DNA of 64,000 nucleotides from an uncultured Sutterella sp. (GTDB taxonomy: Bacteria > Pseudomonadota > Gammaproteobacteria > Burkholderiales > Burkholderiaceae_F): assembly GCA_902388655.1 (NCBI GenBank), contig CABMQD010000001.1:11728-75727 (forward strand), read 5' to 3'. The position numbers and the translations under genes are program-made. The notes under the pieces are model-generated. The model worked only from the letters and a program-made list of their open reading frames with translations, did not search any database and was not told the DNA's origin. Numbering within the stretch: the first letter of the stretch is position 1; the number at the start of each line of letters is the position of its first letter. This document shows positions 49,153-59,187 of this stretch, in pieces.

Positions 49153-50895
49153 ATGAAATCTACGAAGATCGCCGCCAGTGTGGCCTGCGCTTTAGCCGGT
49201 GTGTGCGCGATGAGCGCCCAAGCCATTGAAATTTATCCTGTTGATCACGCGCGTTTTATGACAAACGCGCGTTTTGATTTTAAGGTCGAACTCGATAACG
49301 TGACCGCTCGCGATAAAGTCACAGTGGAGATCAACTGCAAGAACTTCAACCAAACGCTCTCCGGCAAAGAAATTTGGATGGAAAAGGAAGAGGGGGTTGA
49401 GGCTTCTGCTTTAATCATGCGCGGTGTGGAAATTAAAAATCCCGGTCAGTACACCGTGACGGTTAAGGCACCCAACGGCACGAAGACCGTTAATTGGGAT
49501 GTGTACACGACGGGCGACAAACCCAAAGCGAAAAATGTGATTTTACTTTTGGCTGACGGGTTGTCTGTGGGTCACCGCACTGCTGCCCGCATTCTCTCCA
49601 AGGGTGTCACGAATGGCATGTATAACGCGCCGCTTGCGATGGACAATATGCCGTATATGGCCCTTTTGGGTACAAGCTCCGTGGACACGATCGCTGCTGA
49701 CAGCGCCAACACGGCTTCGGCCTACATGACCGGTCACAAGTCTAGCGTGAACGCCTTGGGTGTTTATGCCGACCGCACGAAGGCTAGCCAAGACGATCCT
49801 AAGCAGGAAACGATCGCGGAATTGATCCGCCGCAAGACAAAGATGGCCGTGGGTGTTGTGAGCGACGCTGAAATTGAAGACGCGACGCCCGCATCCGTTG
49901 TGTCTCATACGAGAAAGCGCTCGGACAAGGCCGATATTGTCGGTATGTTCTATAACGTGAAGCCTGAAGTAATCCTGGGCGGCGGTTCTGCCTACTTCCT
50001 GCCGCAATCGACCGCGGGTTCCAAACGCAAAGACAATATCAACTACATCGAAAAATTCACGCAAGCAGGCTATACGCTCGTGACCGACCGCACCTCGATG
50101 GTTGAAAAGGCCGCAGGCAGCAATCGTCTCCTTGGCCTTTTCCATACCGGTAACCTCGACGGCTGGGTCGATCGCCATCAATGGAAGGGCAACACAGTGA
50201 AGAAGTTCCCCGATCAGCCCGATTTGACGGATTCTTTTGCAGCTGCAATCAAGGTGCTTGAAAAGAATGAAGAGGGCTTTTTCCTGATGCTTGAAGCGGG
50301 TCTTGTGGATAAATACTCACACCCACTCGACTGGGCGCGCTCCGTAGGCGACACAATCGCCTTTGATAAGGTTGTGGAAGCGGCTCAAAAGTACTGCGAC
50401 GAACATCCCGATACGCTTTTGATCGTCACGGGCGACCACACGCACTCCATCTCGGTGGCGGGTACCGTTGATGACAATAAGCCCGGTAACGATTGGCGAG
50501 AAAAAGTAGGGGTCTACGCAAACGCCGGTTATCCTAACTATGAAGACAAGAACAAGGACGGCTTCCCAGATGACTTTGCACCGAGTAAACGCTTGGCCGT
50601 TTTCTTTGGCGCGCACCCCGACTACTACGAAACATATCGCTCTTTCCCGGATGCCACGTTTAATCCCGCTGTGCAAAACGAAAAGGGGCAGTATGTGGCC
50701 AATGCCAAGTACAAGGACGTGCCGAGCGCTCACTTTGTCGAGGGTAACCTCCCGCGCTCTGAAAGCCAAGGCGTACACACGGTTGACGATTTGGTTGTGA
50801 CCGCTCGCGGTCCCAACGCCGATCAAATCCGCGGTTTCATGAACTCCACGGAAATCTTCCGTGTGATGGCTGAGGCGCTTGCTTTGGGCCGCTAA
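49153..50895 (+). CDS. phoA: Alkaline phosphatase (PhoA family) with an N-terminal ~100-aa extra domain
   Basis: Signal peptide. Active-site serine motif DSANTASAYMTGHK. Metal-ligand motifs (GDHTH). About 580 aa, versus about 470 aa for canonical PhoA. Confidence 0.75.
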   Translation: MKSTKIAASVACALAGVCAMSAQAIEIYPVDHARFMTNARFDFKVELDNVTARDKVTVEINCKNFNQTLSGKEIWMEKEEGVEASALIMRGVEIKNPGQYTVTVKAPNGTKTVNWDVYTTGDKPKAKNVILLLADGLSVGHRTAARILSKGVTNGMYNAPLAMDNMPYMALLGTSSVDTIAADSANTASAYMTGHKSSVNALGVYADRTKASQDDPKQETIAELIRRKTKMAVGVVSDAEIEDATPASVVSHTRKRSDKADIVGMFYNVKPEVILGGGSAYFLPQSTAGSKRKDNINYIEKFTQAGYTLVTDRTSMVEKAAGSNRLLGLFHTGNLDGWVDRHQWKGNTVKKFPDQPDLTDSFAAAIKVLEKNEEGFFLMLEAGLVDKYSHPLDWARSVGDTIAFDKVVEAAQKYCDEHPDTLLIVTGDHTHSISVAGTVDDNKPGNDWREKVGVYANAGYPNYEDKNKDGFPDDFAPSKRLAVFFGAHPDYYETYRSFPDATFNPAVQNEKGQYVANAKYKDVPSAHFVEGNLPRSESQGVHTVDDLVVTARGPNADQIRGFMNSTEIFRVMAEALALGR

Positions 50896-50914
50896 TCAAT
50901 AAACGACTCGTTGG

Positions 50915-50958
50915 GTAAAAGGCGCGCGGTGTTTTACTGATAAACGCCCGCGCTTTTG
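50915..50958 (+). terminator. Weak stem-loop plus TTTTG after phoA
   Basis: A 6-bp GC stem (GCGCGG/CCGCGC) with an 18-nt loop, followed by TTTTG. Could instead be regulatory. Confidence 0.3.
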
Positions 50959-50977
50959 CCTGTTAAGGGAGAGTGGG

Positions 50978-51424
50978 ATGAAACGGAGAAACTTTTTGGC
51001 GGCGATGCTCTTTTGCGCGATCGCTCCAGTTGGGGTAGTCAAAGCCGCCTCTGATTTAAGGCTCAGTTTTGAAGAAATGTACGAGGGTAACCCCATTTTG
51101 GGGCTGCAGTTCAGTCAAAAGCTCAAGTCGTTTGCCGATAAAACGGTGTCCGTTGAAGGCTTTATGGCGCCGCCCTTAAAACCTGAAGCGGATTTTTTGG
51201 TGATGACCCGAGAACCCGTAAGTCTTTGCCCGTTTTGCAACAGCGATCAGGACTGGCCTGACAATATCATTGTGGTCTATTTAAGTAAGAAGCAGGAATT
51301 TGTTCAGCCCAATTGTCCGATTGTGGTTACGGGTCGCCTTGAGCTTGGATCGTTTACCGACAAAGAGACCGGCTTTGTGAGTTTGGTGCGGCTTGTTGAT
51401 GCCACGTTTGAGGTGGTGAAATGA
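50978..51424 (+). CDS. DUF3299-like secreted protein with a CPFC motif
   Basis: Signal peptide. Pattern GF.APPL ... FLV ... CPFCNSD ... IIVVYL ... VVTGRL ... RLVDA matches the DUF3299 architecture as recalled. The stop overlaps the ABC ATPase start (ATGA). Confidence 0.55.
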   Translation: MKRRNFLAAMLFCAIAPVGVVKAASDLRLSFEEMYEGNPILGLQFSQKLKSFADKTVSVEGFMAPPLKPEADFLVMTREPVSLCPFCNSDQDWPDNIIVVYLSKKQEFVQPNCPIVVTGRLELGSFTDKETGFVSLVRLVDATFEVVK

Positions 51425-52104
51425 GCCCAGACTTCGATCTCAAGCTCGATCATGTCGCCTATCAGGTAAAAGACGGCGTTAGCACTCGTACGATTCTGTC
51501 CATTGATGATCTTTCCATCCAAGCCGGAGAAGTTTTGGGTCTTCGAGGGGCTTCCGGCAGCGGAAAATCCACTTTTTTGAAAATCATCAGCGGGATTGTG
51601 ACGCCGCAGCGGGGAAGGGTTACTTGGGGCGATCTGTGTTTGAATGCGCAAAGTGAATCTGCCCGTGATGACTGGCGTGGGGAAAACTGCGGTTTTTTAT
51701 TCCAGGATTTTCGGCTCTTTGGCGGTTTGAGCGCACTTGAAAATGTACTTTTGCCCTTAACCTTCAGGGGAAAAATTACGTCACGTGACCGTGCTCGCGC
51801 TGAAAAAATACTCCAAGGCTATAGGGTGCCCGCGCAAACGCTTGCGGCTTATTTATCAAGAGGTGAAATGCAGCGTACAGCGCTTGTCCGCGTGCTTATC
51901 AGTTCTCCTAAAGTGATTCTTGCAGATGAACCCACGGCAAGCCTTGATTTCAATAACGCCACGCGCGTGATGGACGCGTTGATTGAAGCGGCTTTTCATC
52001 TGAAAGCGACACTTTTGGTTGTGACGCATGACTCGCAAATGCTCAAACGCTTTCACCGGGTGCTCACTATTGAAAACGGAACCATTCGGGGAGCAGGACT
52101 ATGA
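51421..52104 (+). CDS. ABC transporter ATP-binding protein (LolD/MacB-type)
   Basis: Walker A GASGSGKST, signature LSRGEMQR, Walker B ILADEPT. Overlaps both neighbouring genes. Confidence 0.85.
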   Translation: MSPDFDLKLDHVAYQVKDGVSTRTILSIDDLSIQAGEVLGLRGASGSGKSTFLKIISGIVTPQRGRVTWGDLCLNAQSESARDDWRGENCGFLFQDFRLFGGLSALENVLLPLTFRGKITSRDRARAEKILQGYRVPAQTLAAYLSRGEMQRTALVRVLISSPKVILADEPTASLDFNNATRVMDALIEAAFHLKATLLVVTHDSQMLKRFHRVLTIENGTIRGAGL

Positions 52105-53318
52105 GAGCGCTTTTGTTTTTGAAAAACGAGTGTCTGCAGTCTTTCAAAATTTTGTGTTCGCTTGCCTGCATTTTGGCGCTTGCTTTATCTATTGCCACAG
52201 CGATCGGACAGACCGAAAGGATGATTAAATCCTCAAGCGCGAAGGCTGCCGAACAGTTTGATATTTTGGTGGGTGCGAAAGGTAGCCGCACTTCGCTTTT
52301 ACTCTCAACGGTTTACCTGCGCGATGAAATGATTTCGCTCACGCCTGCATCCGCCTTGAATGTCTTAAAAAAATACGACGGCGTGAAGTGGTTTGCGCCT
52401 TTGACCTTCGGTGACCGAGTGGGAGATTCGCCGCTCGTGGGTACCACGCGCACGTTTGTGACATTGGACGGCGAGCGAGTGCTTCATAAGGGCAGAGAAT
52501 TTGCTGCCCGAGACGAAGCGGTCGTGGGGATTCATTCCGGGCTTCAATTAGGTGAAACGGTTTATCCGCATCACGGCAGAATTTCAGGCGTCGGCCACAA
52601 ACACGAAAACGGCTTTAAGGTAGTGGGCATCTTACCTCAAACGGGCACGCCCTGGGATCGGTCGGTTTTGGTGCCGATTGAGTCCATTTGGGCCATGCAT
52701 GAAAAAGGAAAGCATGTAGAGCCAAAGAGAATTGAATCTTGGCTTAAAGCCTCTGATTTTTCTCACCTTGCGGGATTTTCTGCGATTGCTGTAAAACCGG
52801 TTTCAATTTCAGATGCCTATAAGATCCGACAAGGATTGTCGTCCGCTTCTGTTAATGACGCAAAAGGGCAGGTGGTTAACCTAATGGCGATTTTCACGGG
52901 CGAAGTGCTTGTTGAACTGTATGCCACGCTTGATTCTGCCATGACCGCTTTTGAATGGTTTGCAGCGAGTTCCGTTTTGATTTCACTTTTGGCGGTATTA
53001 ATTACGGGTTTCATTTTGGGTGAACTCCGTAAACCTCAATTTCTGCAACTCAGAACAATGGGAGCACCACGCGGTTATGTAATGCAGGTGGTTTGGTTAT
53101 TGATTATGTCGGTTGTGTTAAGCGGCGTTGTGATGGGGCTTATGGGCGGTTGGGGTTTGGCTCAGATCGCTGCGGTTTTCATCGCGCGTGACACCGGTAT
53201 TGCCATGACGCCGGTGATTGGCCTGCAAGAACTTCAGGTGGGTGTCGTGACGCTTGTGCTTGGTGCGATTTTTGCAATTTTGCCTGCGCTTAAAGTGGGA
53301 CATTCACAATTGCGTTAA
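52101..53318 (+). CDS. FtsX-like ABC transporter permease (MacB/LolC-type, large periplasmic domain)
   Basis: One N-terminal TM segment, a periplasmic domain of about 240 aa, and three C-terminal TM segments. 405 aa. Confidence 0.75.
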   Translation: MRALLFLKNECLQSFKILCSLACILALALSIATAIGQTERMIKSSSAKAAEQFDILVGAKGSRTSLLLSTVYLRDEMISLTPASALNVLKKYDGVKWFAPLTFGDRVGDSPLVGTTRTFVTLDGERVLHKGREFAARDEAVVGIHSGLQLGETVYPHHGRISGVGHKHENGFKVVGILPQTGTPWDRSVLVPIESIWAMHEKGKHVEPKRIESWLKASDFSHLAGFSAIAVKPVSISDAYKIRQGLSSASVNDAKGQVVNLMAIFTGEVLVELYATLDSAMTAFEWFAASSVLISLLAVLITGFILGELRKPQFLQLRTMGAPRGYVMQVVWLLIMSVVLSGVVMGLMGGWGLAQIAAVFIARDTGIAMTPVIGLQELQVGVVTLVLGAIFAILPALKVGHSQLR

Positions 53319-53376
53319 GACGTCATGAGGAATTCACGCTCCTGAGACCGAATGTTCATTTTGTAATCGCACAATA

Positions 53377-53407
53377 GGGTTGCCGTTTGGGCAACCTTAT
53401 CGTTTTT
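53377..53407 (+). terminator. Rho-independent terminator after the FtsX-like permease gene
   Basis: GGTTGCC-gttt-GGCAACC followed by TTATCGTTTTT. Confidence 0.5.
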
Positions 53408-53422
53408 AGAGCAGAGGAAGAA

Positions 53423-54526
53423 ATGAGTACCTTGTCTCGTCGAAATTTTTTGCATGGCAGCGCTCTAGTCGGTGTGTCTGTGGCCGCCGCTGCGATGACC
53501 CCGATGGCCGCTGCCGCGGCCGCTCCGAAAAAGTGCCGCACTGTGAGTGAGGTGTTTTCCATGTCGGAAGTGGACATGGCTAAAAATAGCGAAGTAGTGC
53601 AATCGGCATACGACACGATTGTGAAGTCGGTAAAGAAAATTCATAATCCGTCGCTTCGTTCAACCGTTCTGAATATTATTCAAAATCCTGCGCCCACGAT
53701 CGTCAGAGGTGATGAAGCGGCCATTATGGCCTCGCTTAAAAAAGCCGGGCTTTTAAACGTCAACGCCAAGAGCGTTTTCCCGCGCATTGAGGATAAAACG
53801 CGTTCGCCTCAGCCTTTCTGGAGCGCGCCGGGCTCGGGCTACGGCTCTCACCACGCCTATCCAGGCGGCTTGGCAACGCACACCGCTTTAAATGTTGTCT
53901 CGGCTGAAGCGCTCTACGAAAACTACCGCCACATCAACAATCTCGAGCTGGATTGGGACGATGCCGTGGGCGGTGAAATCCTTCACGACTTGCATAAGCC
54001 CTGGGTTTTCCAATGGGAAAAGGATCACTCCTGCCGTGTTGAACAAAGCTTGGCCGGTACCGGTGAGCACCATGTGCTGAGCATTGCGGAATCCATCAAG
54101 CGCGGTCTTCCTTCCTCGTTTGTGGTGGCTCAGGCCTGCGCGCACGATCATCCTTCCTCAAAACAAGGCGAAGCGCTTGTGGTGGGGTGGCTTAAGGCTG
54201 CTTCGATTATCGCAGGTGTCGATCCGGTTTTGCATGGCTTGATTGCGCCGGACGGAAAGACTCTGCCGTTACCGCGCCGCATGGAAGGCTACGTGGTGCA
54301 CTTGGCTGACCACGATTGGGTGATTTCTTCGTCAGCTTGTCAATGGTCTGTGCAAGCGCTTAAAGATCTTGCTCAAGAACAATATGGCATCACTGAAGCC
54401 GCAAAATTCAATGCTTTTAGAAATTACGTTTTGGCCAATCTTACGGCCATGCGTCTTTACGGTATCCTAAGCGCTCAGGGTCGCAAGGCGTTTGTAGCTG
54501 ACGTCGCACGTGTCATTAAGCTCTAA
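53423..54526 (+). CDS. Tat-exported HD-domain metal-dependent phosphohydrolase (putative periplasmic)
   Basis: Twin-arginine signal (MSTLSRRNFLHGSALVGVSVAAAAM). HD motifs ATHTALNV (motif I) and ILHDLHKPW (motif II), plus further downstream His/Asp residues. The start is set at MSTLSRRNFL, not the longest ORF. Confidence 0.6.
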   Translation: MSTLSRRNFLHGSALVGVSVAAAAMTPMAAAAAAPKKCRTVSEVFSMSEVDMAKNSEVVQSAYDTIVKSVKKIHNPSLRSTVLNIIQNPAPTIVRGDEAAIMASLKKAGLLNVNAKSVFPRIEDKTRSPQPFWSAPGSGYGSHHAYPGGLATHTALNVVSAEALYENYRHINNLELDWDDAVGGEILHDLHKPWVFQWEKDHSCRVEQSLAGTGEHHVLSIAESIKRGLPSSFVVAQACAHDHPSSKQGEALVVGWLKAASIIAGVDPVLHGLIAPDGKTLPLPRRMEGYVVHLADHDWVISSSACQWSVQALKDLAQEQYGITEAAKFNAFRNYVLANLTAMRLYGILSAQGRKAFVADVARVIKL

Positions 54527-54862
54527 TCATCGGGTTGGTGACGGGATATAACCGTCTCCACCCAGAACACCGTACGTGCGACTCCGCACACGGCGTGTCA
54601 TTTAGGCAATCTACTGAAGTTTGAGAGAATACTATACAACCGAACAAGCAGAGCATTCGGAATACTTAACATCGAATTGAACCATGCGAAAAAAATTGAA
54701 CTGCCTAGTTCTAGCTTTTTCAGACAATATTAAGTATTTAGCGATATCCACCGCAGCGCTGTCTTTCTTAAAACAAATCCCCTGAAAGTTTTTCTCCTAA
54801 GGTACAATCCAAAAACCTATAATCAAAGTGAAGACTGTGAAAAACATTCTCTGAGTTTTACT

Positions 54863-55327
54863 ATGAAAAAAACGCTCCTAATCACCGCTATTGCGGCCTT
54901 ATCTCTCGGTTCCGCGGCTTTAACCCCCGCCCTTGCCGCCGACACGGTCAGCGCCCCTCCGCAAATCAGCGAAGCCGATGCGCAAACGGCCAAAGGTCAA
55001 GCCAAGGCCCCGCGCGCCAGCAGCTCTTACGACAAGTTTTCTGAAAAAGCGCGCCAATATGAGGTCAATCCCGATTTAGCGCCCACAGATGCTGACTACG
55101 CTAAAGCTCGCCAGGCTCGAGCCGAAGGCAAGGATAAACGTCCCTCTCAGCACACGGAAATTGAAACGATCCGTGACCAAAACAATCGCATTACCGAATA
55201 TGTTGTGACACCGGGCAGCACCAAGATCCCGTATTCAATTGAAAACCGCTCTGAGCGTCCCAACGCCAATCCGGGTCATAGCAAAGACACGCTTGGAACG
55301 CCTAAATTCATTAATTTCGGGTTCTAA
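54863..55327 (+). CDS. Secreted low-complexity protein of unknown function (possibly DUF2782-like)
   Basis: Signal peptide. Ala/Lys/Asp-rich sequence. Family assignment is uncertain. Confidence 0.45.
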   Translation: MKKTLLITAIAALSLGSAALTPALAADTVSAPPQISEADAQTAKGQAKAPRASSSYDKFSEKARQYEVNPDLAPTDADYAKARQARAEGKDKRPSQHTEIETIRDQNNRITEYVVTPGSTKIPYSIENRSERPNANPGHSKDTLGTPKFINFGF

Positions 55328-55330
55328 AGC

Positions 55331-56101
55331 ATGCAAGGCCATATCGCCACATTTTCCTCACCGATCAAATGGCTCCGTGAGGGCTGGAAGGCTGTTCGCC
55401 ATGCCCCTTTCGGCATGGTAAGCGTCTGCGTTTTTTATGTTTTCACCATGTCTTTGCTCGGAGCATTGCCCATGGTGGGACTGGTGATCGCTGCCTTCTT
55501 TATGCCTTTCGGAACCATGCTGGTCATTAAAGGCACGCAAGACGCCTACCACAGCAGACAGCCTACCTATTCCATTTTGGTCGATTTATTTAAAGAACCG
55601 AATACACGCTCACGCCTGATGCAAGTGGGCGCGATTTACGCCGTCTTCATTTTAATTGCCAATTACGCGTATATCTTTCTGGCAGTCGATCAGGTGAGCC
55701 AATGGGAAATTGTTGACGGACGACTCAATTGGGATTCCGTCTATGCGAATTTTCCCTGGACAGCGGCCGTAGTGACAGTGATGGTTTATGCAATCGGACA
55801 AATGGCAACCTGGTTTTCTCCGGCATTAGTGGCTTGGAAAAACATGACGGTTGGCAAAGCCACGTTCTATTCCTTTTTCGGATGCTTGAGAAATTGGCTG
55901 CCGATTTTGATCTTGCTCTTTATTATTTTTGGCATCACTCTTTTGAGCGCCTTTGTTGTTATTGTTTCTACCCAAGCTCTGGGAGTTGGAGATTATTCCC
56001 TTTTCTTTCTCACTCCCCTGGCCTTTCTTTTGACGACTGTGGCCTACAGCACCATCTGGCCAATGTGGATAGATATCTTTGGTGACGTCAGTATGAACTG
56101 A
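55331..56101 (+). CDS. Conserved integral membrane protein of unknown function (5-6 TM)
   Basis: Hydrophobic segments throughout. Follows the previous gene after a 3-bp gap. Confidence 0.5.
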   Translation: MQGHIATFSSPIKWLREGWKAVRHAPFGMVSVCVFYVFTMSLLGALPMVGLVIAAFFMPFGTMLVIKGTQDAYHSRQPTYSILVDLFKEPNTRSRLMQVGAIYAVFILIANYAYIFLAVDQVSQWEIVDGRLNWDSVYANFPWTAAVVTVMVYAIGQMATWFSPALVAWKNMTVGKATFYSFFGCLRNWLPILILLFIIFGITLLSAFVVIVSTQALGVGDYSLFFLTPLAFLLTTVAYSTIWPMWIDIFGDVSMN

Positions 56102-56112
56102 TACTCATGGCA

Positions 56113-56142
56113 ACAAAAAACTCGGCGTTGCCGAGTTTTTTG
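56113..56142. terminator. Bidirectional Rho-independent terminator (A6-CTCGGC-gtt-GCCGAG-T7)
   Basis: Perfect 6-bp GC stem flanked by an A-run and a T-run, between convergent genes. Confidence 0.75.
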
Positions 56143-56158
56143 TTGCAGAAGACTTCAA

Positions 56159-56386
56159 TCATTTGTGTTCAATGTAGTGTCGCCACTCACCGTTCACATT
56201 TTCCTGAAGCAAAATTTTATGACCGGTTTGAGCGGCAAACTGAGCCAAGTCAGCGACACTGGCCGGATCCGTCGCTAAAACCAGCAACACCTCGGCGTTC
56301 TGCATGGTCGCCAAAGCCTTTTTTGTTTTGAGAACCGGCATGGGGCACTTCGTGCCCCGAGTGTCGATCTGTTGATCAAAGTGCAT
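56159..56386 (-). CDS. TusA-family sulfurtransferase-like protein
   Basis: CPxP motif (KCPMPV). 75 aa. The start ATG directly abuts the alaS stop. Confidence 0.7.
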   Translation of the reverse strand: MHFDQQIDTRGTKCPMPVLKTKKALATMQNAEVLLVLATDPASVADLAQFAAQTGHKILLQENVNGEWRHYIEHK

Positions 56387-59008
56387 TTACTTGCCTTGCA
56401 GGAAGGTTTCAACAGAGGCCAACGCTTGGACCAAACCCTCAGCCTTCGGAGCACCGGCCATGGCCAAATCGGGCTTGCCGCCTCCTTTGCCGCCCATCAT
56501 AGAGGCGACATGTCCGGCCAATTCTCCGGCCTTCACACGCGAAATCAAGGACTTCGCCACACCGGCCACGATCTGCACCTTGCCGTCATTAACACTTGCC
56601 AAAACCACAATGGATTCACCCAATTGATCGCGCAAGCTTTCGGCCATAGAACGCAACGCCTTGGCTTCAATGCCTTCAACCTGGGTGACAAGCAACTTAT
56701 AGCCGTTGAAATCCTTGGCGTCGGCCACAAGGGTCTTCGCCGTCATTTGCGCGATCTTTTCCTTTAAGCGCGTTACTTCTTTCTCAAGGCTCTTTACCGT
56801 ATCGAACACGGCGTGGGCCTTCTCAGTCACTACATCAACCGGAGACTTCAATGCCGCACATACTTCACGGATTGTGCCTTCTTGTTCACGCGTAAAGTCA
56901 ACGACATTCATACCGGTCGTCACCTCCACGCGACGGATACCGGCCGCGATCGCCGATTCACTCAAAATCTTGAAAGAACCGATGTCACCGGTGCGAGAAA
57001 CGTGCGTACCGCCGCACAATTCACAAGAAGGACCGATTTTCACGACACGCACGGTCGAACCGTACTTTTCACCGAAAAGCATCAGTGCACCGGTCTTCTT
57101 CGCCTCTTCAATCGGCATTTCCTGAACTGAAACTTCAGCATTGGCCAAAATTTCATGATTCACGATATCTTCGACCTCGTGAATTTGTTCAAGCGTCATG
57201 GCTTCCGTGTGCGTGAAGTCAAAGCGCGTCACATCGGGGCCAACCCAAGAACCACGCTGCTGGACATGTTCGCCCAGCACTTGACGCAAACCGTATTGCA
57301 GCAAGTGAGCCACGGAGTGGTTGCGGCGGATGCTTTCACGACGTTGAGCATCGACCGTCACATCAAAAACGTCACCCACTTTCACGTGACCTTCTTCAAC
57401 ATGAGCGTGTTGACCGGTCACCTTCGCCTTGATCTTTTGCGTGTCAATCACGCGCACAAGCGAAGTGCCATTCTTCATGACACCGGTGTCACCGACTTGA
57501 CCGCCACTTTCACCGTAGAAAGGCGTCACATCGAGAACAATGACACAGTCTTCGCCAGCGGGCACTTCTTCGACCTGTTCACCGTCAAGGTACAAAGCAA
57601 TAACCTTGGAACCCGTATGCTGCGTTTCCGCATAGCCGGTAAATGTCGTATCGGCGCCGTTATATTCGAGGCCTGCGACCATCTTAAACTTAGCGCTTGC
57701 ACGAGCCTTGTCACGCTGCTCCTGCATGGCGGCATCAAAACCGTCCATATCCACCGTCATATTGCGTTCACGGCAGACGTCAGCGGTCAAATCAACAGGG
57801 AAACCATAGGTATCGTGAAGCTTAAAGGCCACCTTGCCGTCCAAGACACCGTTCTTCGTTTCGGCGATCGCGTCTTCAAGCATTTGCATGCCTTGAGAGA
57901 GCGTTTGAGCGAAACGTTCTTCTTCTTTGGCCAAAATGGTCTTGATCTTGGAATTTTTGATTTCAGGATAAGCATCACCCATTTCGGTGACCACCGCGTC
58001 AACCAAACCGGCAAAGAACGGTTTACGAGCGCCAAGCTTATAGCCATGGCGAATGGCACGGCGGCAAATACGACGCAACACATAGGCGCGACCTTCATTG
58101 CCCGGCAAAATACCATCGGCCACTGAGAACGTGCAGGCGCGGATATGGTCAGCAATCACCTTCAAAGAGGGACTCGTCAGATCCACATCGGTGGCACCGG
58201 CGTCTTCGACCGCTTTTTTCACCGCAGCAAGCAGATTCTTAAAGAGGTCGATTTCATAGTTGCTGTGGACATGCTGCAAAACTGCGGCGATACGTTCCAA
58301 ACCCATACCGGTATCCACAGAGGGCTTCGGCAACTTATGCATCACACCGCTTTCATCGCGGTTAAATTGCATAAACACCAAGTTCCAAATTTCAATGTAA
58401 CGGTCGCCGTCTTCATCGGGGCTTCCCGGAGGGCCGCCTTGGACTTCTTCGCCGTGGTCATAGAAGATTTCGGAGCAAGGACCGCAAGGACCCGTATCAC
58501 CCATCATCCAGAAGTTGTCAGACATGTAACGGGCGCCTTTGTTATCTCCGATACGAACAATACGTTCGGCCGGGATACCGACTTCTTTATTCCAGATATC
58601 GTAGGCTTCGTCGTCTTCAGCGTAGACCGTCACCCAAAGCTTTTCGGGCGGAAGATGGAAATGCTGGGTCAAGAGTTCCCAAGCGTTCTTGATAGCGTCA
58701 CGCTTAAAGTAGTCGCCGAAACTGAAATTGCCCAACATTTCAAAGAACGTATGGTGACGAGCGGTGTAACCGACGTTATCCAAATCGTTGTGCTTGCCGC
58801 CGGCACGGATACACTTTTGAGCCGTCGTGGCGCGCGTGTAGGGGCGCTTATCAAAGCCCAGGAAAACATCTTTAAATTGGTTCATGCCCGCGTTCGTAAA
58901 GAGCAGCGTGGGGTCGTTGCCCGGCACAACGGGGCTGGAATGCACAATCGTATGACCTTTGCTTTCAAAAAATTTCAAAAAGGTCTCGCGAATTTGCGAA
59001 GTCTTCAT
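56387..59008 (-). CDS. alaS: Alanine--tRNA ligase
   Basis: 873 aa with class-II aaRS motifs, an editing domain and a C-terminal DHHA1-like region. Confidence 0.95.
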   Translation of the reverse strand: MKTSQIRETFLKFFESKGHTIVHSSPVVPGNDPTLLFTNAGMNQFKDVFLGFDKRPYTRATTAQKCIRAGGKHNDLDNVGYTARHHTFFEMLGNFSFGDYFKRDAIKNAWELLTQHFHLPPEKLWVTVYAEDDEAYDIWNKEVGIPAERIVRIGDNKGARYMSDNFWMMGDTGPCGPCSEIFYDHGEEVQGGPPGSPDEDGDRYIEIWNLVFMQFNRDESGVMHKLPKPSVDTGMGLERIAAVLQHVHSNYEIDLFKNLLAAVKKAVEDAGATDVDLTSPSLKVIADHIRACTFSVADGILPGNEGRAYVLRRICRRAIRHGYKLGARKPFFAGLVDAVVTEMGDAYPEIKNSKIKTILAKEEERFAQTLSQGMQMLEDAIAETKNGVLDGKVAFKLHDTYGFPVDLTADVCRERNMTVDMDGFDAAMQEQRDKARASAKFKMVAGLEYNGADTTFTGYAETQHTGSKVIALYLDGEQVEEVPAGEDCVIVLDVTPFYGESGGQVGDTGVMKNGTSLVRVIDTQKIKAKVTGQHAHVEEGHVKVGDVFDVTVDAQRRESIRRNHSVAHLLQYGLRQVLGEHVQQRGSWVGPDVTRFDFTHTEAMTLEQIHEVEDIVNHEILANAEVSVQEMPIEEAKKTGALMLFGEKYGSTVRVVKIGPSCELCGGTHVSRTGDIGSFKILSESAIAAGIRRVEVTTGMNVVDFTREQEGTIREVCAALKSPVDVVTEKAHAVFDTVKSLEKEVTRLKEKIAQMTAKTLVADAKDFNGYKLLVTQVEGIEAKALRSMAESLRDQLGESIVVLASVNDGKVQIVAGVAKSLISRVKAGELAGHVASMMGGKGGGKPDLAMAGAPKAEGLVQALASVETFLQGK

Positions 59009-59187
59009 AATTAGTCTCTTTTCATAAAAAACGGATTTCTTTGGCTTTTTTCAAATCCAAAGAGCGAATTTGTTAATTCTAGTCATTTTTGGCACTCGTG
59101 GGAGTGAGACGTCGAAAAGGTTAAGAAATCGAACTGAGAAAAGCGTAAGCTCAACCATGTCAGAGTCTTTGCTTTAAAGGTCACACT

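Noticed and set aside
57155-59014. Two long plus-strand ORFs (323 and 289 aa)
   Set aside because: Both lie entirely antisense within alaS. They are His/Arg-rich with low-complexity composition typical of antisense frames of a high-GC gene.
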